From NCBI GenBank assembly GCA_002269645.1, contig NIVC01000211.1, positions 186,001 to 250,000 of the forward strand: 64,000 bases of DNA, given 5' to 3'. Below are positions 56,801 through 64,000 of this stretch, in pieces. The first letter of the stretch is position 1. The number at the start of each line of letters is the position of its first letter. Below the pieces are notes generated by a model that made no database searches, was not told the origin of the DNA, and saw only the letters and a program-made list of their open reading frames with translations. The DNA is from Macrostomum lignano. Lineage: Eukaryota. Both the position numbers and the translations under genes were made by a program.

Positions 56801-59402
56801 AGGCTTCTGGCCTCCAAAATGCACTTCGCTTCGTTGATTTTCACATTAGCCGCCCTCAGCTTGTCCAGCACCTTCTCTCTGATATTCTGCAGCTCCGCCT
56901 TTGACACTGCTCCCATGAGCACATCATCCTGGTACACGATGACACTTGGGTGCTCACCCAGCAGCTTCTCCATCTCGCGCTGGAACACAGATGGAGAAAC
57001 CTTGATGCCGTACGGCAGCCTGTTAAAGCGGTAGCAGCCGAAAGGGGTGTTGATCGTGGTGATGTCTTTTGACTCATTTTCCAGCGGAACCTGATAATAA
57101 GCGTCAGATAAGTCCAGTCGGCAGAACAACTTCTTGTTTGCCATCTTTGAGAAGGCTGTCTCGATGGACGGAGTCAAGTACGTCTGGTCCTGCACCCACT
57201 GATTGACAGCTGTGTAGTCTCCGCAGATCCTCACAGACATCTTGTCGGATTTCACCGTCACCACTATGGGGCTGCCCCACTCTGAGGACGTCACCTTCTC
57301 AACTATGCCCGCCTTCTCCATCAGGTCCAGCTCCTTCTTCACCAATGGACGCAGCGCCAGCGGCAGCACTCTGGCTGGTTGGAAAATCGGCCTGGCTCCC
57401 GCCTTCAACAGGATCTCGCCAACTGCTCCCTTAATGCCCAACAAGCTCTCGTACCTGTTGTTGCTGGGCGGCTTGGCCTCATCTGAGTGGTGAGCTGGCA
57501 GCGAGCTGAGCAGATCCCGGCCGAGCAACCCGAACTTCTGCTCGCATTCGATGACGGGCAGCTCCGCCGCAGCGAAGCGGCCATCAGGGCCGCCAGTCTC
57601 CACCAGGCACTCCAGGATGCCGAGCTGCTTCATCACGTGCCCGTCGTAGGCCAGCATCCGAGACTTGGGCGACTTCAGTGGCGGCCTGCCGAGTTCTTCC
57701 CAGATCTTTCTCGAGATTAGTGAGCACGAGGCGCCGCTGTCCTTTTCCATTTTGACCTGCCTTCTGTTGATTTTCACATCGCAGAATGCAGCAGGGGTGC
57801 CCGCACCACAGTAGAAAACCGGCTCGTCTCTGGTCACGGCTGAGTCAGAGTGCTTGGATTCGTTGGGTGCGACAAAGTGGGTCCTGGCACTCCGGCAGAC
57901 CTTCGCGAAGTGGCCAGTCTTCCCGCACTTGTGACAGGTGACCTTCAGGGCCCGGCAGTCTGTCGGTCTGCGATGTTGCGCCTGGCCGCAGCGCTGGCAG
58001 CTCTGGCCTCCACCGGCTCTGGGCCTCACCATCTCAGCCGCGTTGATGCTGTTGGCACCAGCAGAATCCTCTTCTGGCACCTCCTGGCTAGCGGGCGATG
58101 CCTGATGCACCGCCGAGTCTCCTTCAGCTTGGCCGGAGGCAGTCGTGGCCCGAACGGAAATTTGCTCACCATCTGAAGTTGCTGCACGTACTCGGTGATC
58201 TGGCTCACCGAGAGCTCTGCGGAGACTTCGCGCTCGAGAACCTTGCTCCGGACCTCCTGGTTGCTGAGACCGGCGATGAGGCGCATTTTGATCAGCTGCT
58301 CAGCTGGATCAACATTCTCGCCCTTCAGCTTCTCGAATTCGCATACCACCGCCTGCTCTTGAAGTCGGGCAGCGAAGCCGACAACCGTCTCGCCGTCTCC
58401 TTGGCGCATGGACATGAAAGCCGCTCTCTCGGCAATCAGCAGCCTCTTCTTGGGTTCCAGAAAAATCACGAGGCACTCCTTGATTTCCGCCCACTTCATC
58501 TGCGAGAGCGGTTTGGGCGCGACCAGCTGCTTCACTTTGATGAGCTGAGCCACGCCAAGGCAGCCAAGGAAGGCATCGGTCAACGCCAGATTGCCGGCTG
58601 TGTCTTCAGTGCGATCGGTGTCCTTCAATCCTTTTGATCGCGCCTGGGCGTCAAAGACCTCGATCCATGCCCGCAACTCTTCAATGTTGTTTAGAGGCAG
58701 TGGGTCTCGTAGCTTTATAGACATCTGTAGATCCTGCTTGCGACGCCAAAATGTTGAAATGAACAAGTCATGAGCTGAGAGTATGCGAGACAAGACGAAT
58801 GTGCTAAGTGCACCGACCGCCAACGATACGATCTATTACAAGCGAGGTTCAATAGTAGCCACCCCCACCCCAGGGCTAAAACACCAACAATGTACATTAA
58901 AATCACGATAGAGCAGAGACGTGCAAAGAGCGTGAGCCACGGACCAAGAGTACACGCACAGAGTTAAGAATACAAACAATACACGGAGTAAAAGCGCACC
59001 CCAACCCCACGCACCAGGCCCAACACTGAACAAGACGAACATCGCTGGAGATGGAGATGCGTGAATACCTTTTTTGCATCGCAGCTGCAGGCACATGCTC
59101 CGCCAACTTTGTGGCATTCTGATCCTTCTTTCACTGGGAATTTTTGACACTTCATAATCGGTATAAACGACAACTGGGAGACTCAGCGTCTTCTACTAAG
59201 CCATAAATTGCACTACATTGTCACTTTCATCTTGGCGATCGTGATTGCTTTGTGGATCAAAATTTTCTTGTTGCTCCACTATATCCTGTATCCTCCTAAC
59301 TGCGAAATGGTTTGATGCATTTCTCATAAAATTTACGATTTCCTCGGGCTTTTCTTGCTGTTCAAGAGGCGATTAAGGCAAGAGGCAGCGCACCAATGTC
59401 CA
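53870..59402 (-). pseudogene. Relic of an older Polinton pPolB (pieces 59026-59402 and ~53870-54513) split by a Gypsy element
   Basis: GHWCAASCLNRLLNSK, KTLSLPVVVYTDYE...TKLAEHVPAAA, KKLHDYMLAYQEL and FAFLQYY...KVHRMIEFKRQPVFAEYIAMNSEK match, in order, the intact pPolB (GHWCAVSNINRLLNSK; KTISPPFIVYADFE...KLTEHVAVAA; KTLKEYMLCYLEL; AILAFY...RINRMIEYKQEPIFADYVNMNSVK). Confidence 0.75.
54514..59025 (-). mobile_element. Complete young Gypsy/Ty3 (Mag-like) LTR retrotransposon, 4,512 bp
   Basis: 274-bp LTRs at 54514-54787 and 58752-59025 (TG...CA, 2 mismatches), 5-bp TSD CTGAA, PBS TGGCGTCGCAAGCAGGAT, PPT GGCGGGGGGCAG, and gag plus PR (DSGAS), RT (YQDD), RH and INT. One frameshift inside gag. Confidence 0.96.
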
Positions 59403-59589
59403 GTTTGTTTTGTTTCATCATCATTATCTGATCTAGGCTCATTTAGAAAAAGTGGGACAGTGAAGCTACGATTATTTCCTTACCAAAAACACTGTGAAGC
59501 ATAAGTTCTCGTTTCTTTCTTTAATCCTATCGAGATCCGATAGACGAATCAGCATAGCGGCACGCTTAAACTAATTTCATTCATTTCAT

Positions 59590-61360
59590 CTATCGTATGT
59601 TGAATGCCACTGATCGACGCTTTACTCACCTGGGTCATTGCTGTTCAAGAACGCAACACGGACATTGTGCTATCCGTGACGATTTTGTGCGGCATCAGAT
59701 TCGTAAGCCCGAGTTCAGAGCTGCCTTTGGCAAAGTCGTCACGATTTTTGGCGACCAGGGAAACGAACTCTCTAGCCTCTGCGTCTGAGAGGCAACAGGA
59801 ACCCAACTCTTTGACTTCGCTGAGGGGATTCCACAGCTCTCAATCTTACTGAACAGCATTCAGCTGCAGCTCCACTGGCTGCTGCCCAGAGACCGCCGAA
59901 AACCAGCCGGCTCGCGCACCCCGCCGCATCGACAAACTGCACTCCGATGTGTTCAGCATTCTGACAGACAGCTGAACCTCTTGATCAGGCAGCTGCACCG
60001 AGCTGACCAGGAAATGATTACCTGCTGCCCGACACTCGGGCTCCACCATTCTAGGCAACTGAAATCTCCTCACCCCGCGTCTCTGAAGGCGGACTGGGAC
60101 CCCAGCTTCTCTGGACATCCATCCGGACAGCCTGGCACAGCTCGATGCGGTACACAAGAGGTCTGTCAGCACACAAGCAATTCTGTGTAGAGGCAGTGTC
60201 TAGCAAAATCAATTATCATGCAATTTCTAATGTAAAAAGTCGGTTCCTAAAATGCACTGCTGTGAAATTTCCTCGACTACTAAAAATTCGTTCTTGAATT
60301 TGATCTACCCAATAGAAAACTTTCCATCAATTAGACACAAAGTTTAAATTGGCGCGCTACTCGCTGTACAAATTTAAAATCCGTATACCACGATGCTGAA
60401 TTCGATTCCTAATTTTGTGTAGGTTCTAGGAAACGACCACTTATACTAATGACAATGTGCACCCGCTGTTCAGCAAATAAGCAACCAAGGCACGGACTCG
60501 AACTTCGCGTCAATATAAACCAGTTAATTTCCCTCCTTGCTTCAGCTGGGCGATCTCTGCATTCAAGCTGGCGATCTCTGCCTTCAAGCTGGCGATCTCT
60601 GCCTTCAAGCTGGCAATCTCTGCCTTCAAGCTGGTGATCTCTGCCTTCAAGCTGGCGATCTCTGCCTTCAAGCTGGTGATCTCTGCATTCAAGCTGGTGA
60701 TCTCTGCATTCAAGCTGGCGATCTCTGCATTCAAGCTGGCGATCTCTGCATTCAAGCTGGCGATCTCTGCATTCAAGCTGGCGATCTCTGCCTTCAAGCT
60801 GGTGATCTCTGCCTTCAAGCTGGCGATCTCTGCATTCAAGCTGGCGATCTCTGCCTTCAAGCTGGCGATCTCTGCCTTCAAGCTGGCGATCTCTGCATTC
60901 AAGCCGGCGATCTCTGCAGCTGTGCGAGCTGTCTGACTGTTCAACACGTGGACTGACCTCTTATTCTCCAGCAGCTTCATCGATGCGAAAGTCTGGCGCA
61001 CTCGCTGGATTGCAGCCTGCAGCACTTAAGGGTCCTGCAGCAAGACAATCCTCAAGCACCCTGTCCAGTACTCGAAGCCTTTTAGTCATTCATCTCTCTG
61101 CTCCACTGGCAGAGCCGGATATGCTTTACGCATGAGCTCATTGAGAGCGTCAGCGTCGTCCTCTATCGCTTCTCCATCTAGCTCGGACTCCTGTTTCGGG
61201 TCACGGCTTCACCAGATGTTGTGCACCCATCCACAGGAGCGCTCTCTCCTGCAGCTTAACCTGTTGGGAAGCCGCGACTCCCAGATTTTCATTCACAGCT
61301 CCCTGTTCCAGCTTCCGAGGGAGAAGCAGGGAAAAATCAAGAACTTACACAACTAGCAGA
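59590..61360 (-). mobile_element. Degenerate Gypsy gag-protease-RT(N-term) fragment containing a heptad-repeat expansion
   Basis: QESELDGEAIEDDADALNELMRKAYP (gag), LLNSGCTLSL (protease-like), FLVSSVQLP...VRMLN, and NRDDFAKGSSELGLTNLMPHKIVT (RT start). Many stops. Confidence 0.65.
60535..60915 (-). repeat. 21-bp tandem repeat encoding 18 coiled-coil heptads AEI(A/T)SL(K/N)
   Basis: ORF 60510-61025, direct reading. Confidence 0.9.
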
Positions 61361-61584
61361 TTTAGTTAATCCTCATAGTTTGCAAGCAGCCAACTTCGAG
61401 GTCGACGGTAGGTAATAAAGGGGGTTGTTATGCTTCACTAATCAATTCCATTGTAGTTCAGCTGCATTTATAGGTCAAGTGCAAATGTACGAAGCACTGC
61501 AGGGTGGAGGCAGCACAGTCACTTCGGCAATGTCGAACTAGATAGACAGCTCGTCGACATCCAGCATCTCTGGCGTCGGGTACT

Positions 61585-62160
61585 GCACAGGTACAGTATG
61601 CGGGATGAAGCACAATAACAGCATGCGGGATGAAGCACAGGTACAGCATGCAGAATGAAGCGCAGGTACAGCATGCAGGATGAAGCACAGGTACAGCATG
61701 CAGGATGAAGCACAGGTACAGCATGCGGGATGAAGCACAGGTACAGCATGCGGGATGAAGCACAGGTACAGCATGCAGGATGAAGCACAGGTACAGCATG
61801 CGGGATGAAGCACAATAACAGCATGCGGGATGAAGCACAGGTACAGCATGCAGGATGAAGCACAGGTACAGCATGCGGGATGAAGCACAATAACAGCATG
61901 CGGGATGAAGCACAGGTACAGCATGCAGGATGAAGCACAGGTACAGCATGTGGGATGAAGCACAGGTACAGCATGCAGGATGAAGCACAGGTACAGCATG
62001 CGGGATGCAGCACAGGTACAGCATGCGGGATGAAGCACAGGTACAGCATGCGGGATGAAGCACAGGTACAGCATGCGGGATGAAGCACAGGTACAGTATG
62101 CAGGATGAAGCACAGGTACAGCATGCGGGATGAAGCACAGGTACAGCATGCGGGATGAAG
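61585..62160. repeat. 25-bp minisatellite (GATGAAGCACAGGTACAGCATGC[G/A]G)
   Basis: About 23 copies. The three-frame 25-aa periodic ORFs are artefacts of a 25-nt unit. Confidence 0.92.
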
Positions 62161-62916
62161 CTCTCTACACGGCCTCCATAGAGTGCCAGTCTCCATCCTG
62201 ATTGAACTGCACAGAGAAGCCAAATGATTGAGGTTAATTTTGAGATGAAGTTTGCAAAAAATTATCAAACACTCTTTTATGCTACCAAATAAATGGATTT
62301 TCTCGAAGTGTTGGACCCGGGGAAACACCTGCTTGCATATTTTCGAACTAAGTTTCCTTTGCCTATTAATAACTGATGCACGAAGAAAAGGTCCGCTTGA
62401 AAGTAGTATCCTTGGGGTTTTTTACTTTTAGCTTTAGCCTTCTATAGATTTAATTATTTTCTAACAAGATCAAACAAACTTTTCTACTTCTACTGAGCCT
62501 GGGCAGAGGACTACGAGAATAAAAAAACAAGAAAAAACAGAAGAAATAAAAGTACATTGACCGGAAATTTTAAGACCCACTTTTAGATTCAATCTTTCGT
62601 TCTCTTTCTCAGTTTGGTCTGGCTGTCTAGCCTTCCAGCCGTACTTCAAGAAGTCTGACAGTCATTTCAGTTAAAGCATTTCCGGTAAATTTCCAGTAAA
62701 ACTCGAGAGCTCCTTGGATTGAAGCTGTGTCTATTCTATAGATATTAAATCCTTTCGTTCCCTGCCGAAATTCTGCAGGATTCCTTCGTGCCTCGACTGC
62801 AGGGTTCAAAGAAAAATACATCCAACGATTTTACGTTAAATTAGTAGATTTCTTTGGGGCGACGAGGCCAGATGATACAATATCAGTTATTTCGGCTAGG
62901 TTAAGTCAGCCCTCGG

Positions 62917-63120
62917 CAGTGGCGGATCCAGAGTTTCATTTTGGGGGCGGGGTCCAAGTTTGGGGCGCAAACACGAGTATAAGGGGCGCCAATGTTTAGG
63001 CTGGTGGCGCAAAAAAGCTAGCTTAGGGGCGCAAAAAAGGCATTTGGGGGCGAAAAATCTAGTTTAGGGGGCGCAATATGTTCGGTCACGCTATTTTGGG
63101 GGGCCCTAAATCCGCCCCTG
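62917..63120. mobile_element. hAT-like MITE (204 bp)
   Basis: TIRs CAGTGGCGGATCCAG / CTAAATCCGCCCCTG, 8-bp TSD GCCCTCGG/GCACTCGG, and internal GGGGCGCAAA repeats. Confidence 0.75.
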
Positions 63121-63479
63121 GCACTCGGTTGCTAATTTGGCTATCGGTGTTGGGGTGGGCCGCTGCTTCTCTTTCCATCCAGTCGGTTAAATTTTGAGCT
63201 CGCTAGACCTGACCTCACCGCCACTCCCCCAGATTAGCACCACTCCCCCAGATTAGCATTTTTTAATCAGAGATTAGCAGATCTCTAGAAGATTAATAGG
63301 GAGGGCTGATTAAGCGCGCCAGGAATAAGCGCGCACGGAAAAATGTTGGAATAAGCGCGCTGCGATATATCAAAATACTGTAATAAGCGCGCATCCATAT
63401 TCCTCGGTACAGGAAAGAGCGCGCAACGTTTTTTAAAAGTCCTGGAATAAGCGCGCACAGATTTTCAACAGACCTAAGA

Positions 63480-64000
63480 TTAAAGTCGAATTTTCGCAGG
63501 GCGATCCTCTTCTGGTATCATGCTCGGCGTCGGACGCAACAGACGTAAAGCGGGAGCAATTTCGTCTGCGGGCAGCAGAGGCAGACCCAGTAGGCTCAGC
63601 ATCCACCTCCTGACTGCGGAGTCGCAACCTCGCCCGATCTGCGATTGGAATCCGCTGAACTTGAATTTCCCGACTACAGCTTGACAGAAGTGGAACCGGC
63701 AACCAGATACTTCTGCTGGAGCGAATGCATTTTCGGAGGAACTCATCAATGCGAGTTCAAAATCAATCACAATTGTCTTTACCGCCGGAGAGGGACAAAG
63801 CACTGCAGAAACGTGTTTCAGCGCGCAGTCGTAGAGCATCTTCGTCTTCCTATTCAGCAAAACATACAGCGTCGGCCAAAAGCTGTCGTTTTTGATAAAA
63901 CCAATAGTGACGAGCTGATAAAAAATTCTCGGCACGGTTTTAAAAGTGCCATCAATGCACCACGTGTCTGCTTGCTTGAGGCGTGGCAGTAGGTCAGGAT
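63480..64000 (-). mobile_element. Mutator-like (MULE) transposase fragment, running off the window edge
   Basis: WCIDGTFKTVPRIFYQLVTI...VLLNRKTK..Y...IVIDFELA...GCRFHFCQAV. ATAAGCGCGC repeats at 63308-63460 may be its terminal region. Confidence 0.88.

Noticed and set aside
58026-58200. Programmed gag-pol frameshift in the complete Gypsy
   Set aside because: The shift lies inside gag before the zinc knuckles, no clear slippery heptamer was seen, and the related element at 44761 has a single ORF. A simple indel is more likely.
61458-62328. Cys/His-rich repetitive ORFs resembling metallothionein or keratin-associated proteins
   Set aside because: All three minus frames give the same 25-aa period because the unit is 25 nt; this is a minisatellite.

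Overview
Eukaryotic, intron-containing, repeat-rich invertebrate DNA. The style fits a free-living flatworm such as Macrostomum, but that is inference only. The host scaffold is a tandem array of three secreted fibrinogen-related (FReD) genes: 10284-11677, a 5'-truncated copy at 48666-49747, and 51627-52949. The spacer between copies 1 and 2 has been inflated by about 35 kb of nested mobile elements. The largest is a full-length 17,072-bp Polinton/Maverick (12045-29116) with ~155-bp TIRs, a GGCCTG 6-bp TSD and an empty paralogous site at 50108-50113. It has the usual core genes: integrase, minor and major capsid, adenain protease, packaging ATPase and protein-primed PolB. It also carries two intact transcription-factor-like genes: a TATA-binding-protein (TBP) homologue and a tandem PC4-domain protein. 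This TBP+PC4 cargo is the most unusual signal in the window. Two Ingi-like LINEs each start at an (AAC)n junction with an HDV-like ribozyme fold (clear in one, partial in the other), followed by a 2A-like peptide. Also present are a Crypton tyrosine-recombinase pseudogene, a THAP/P-element relic, four Gypsy elements or fragments, two solo LTRs, an older Polinton PolB relic, MITEs, a MULE fragment and many minisatellites. All assignments come from reading motifs by eye; no database searches were run.
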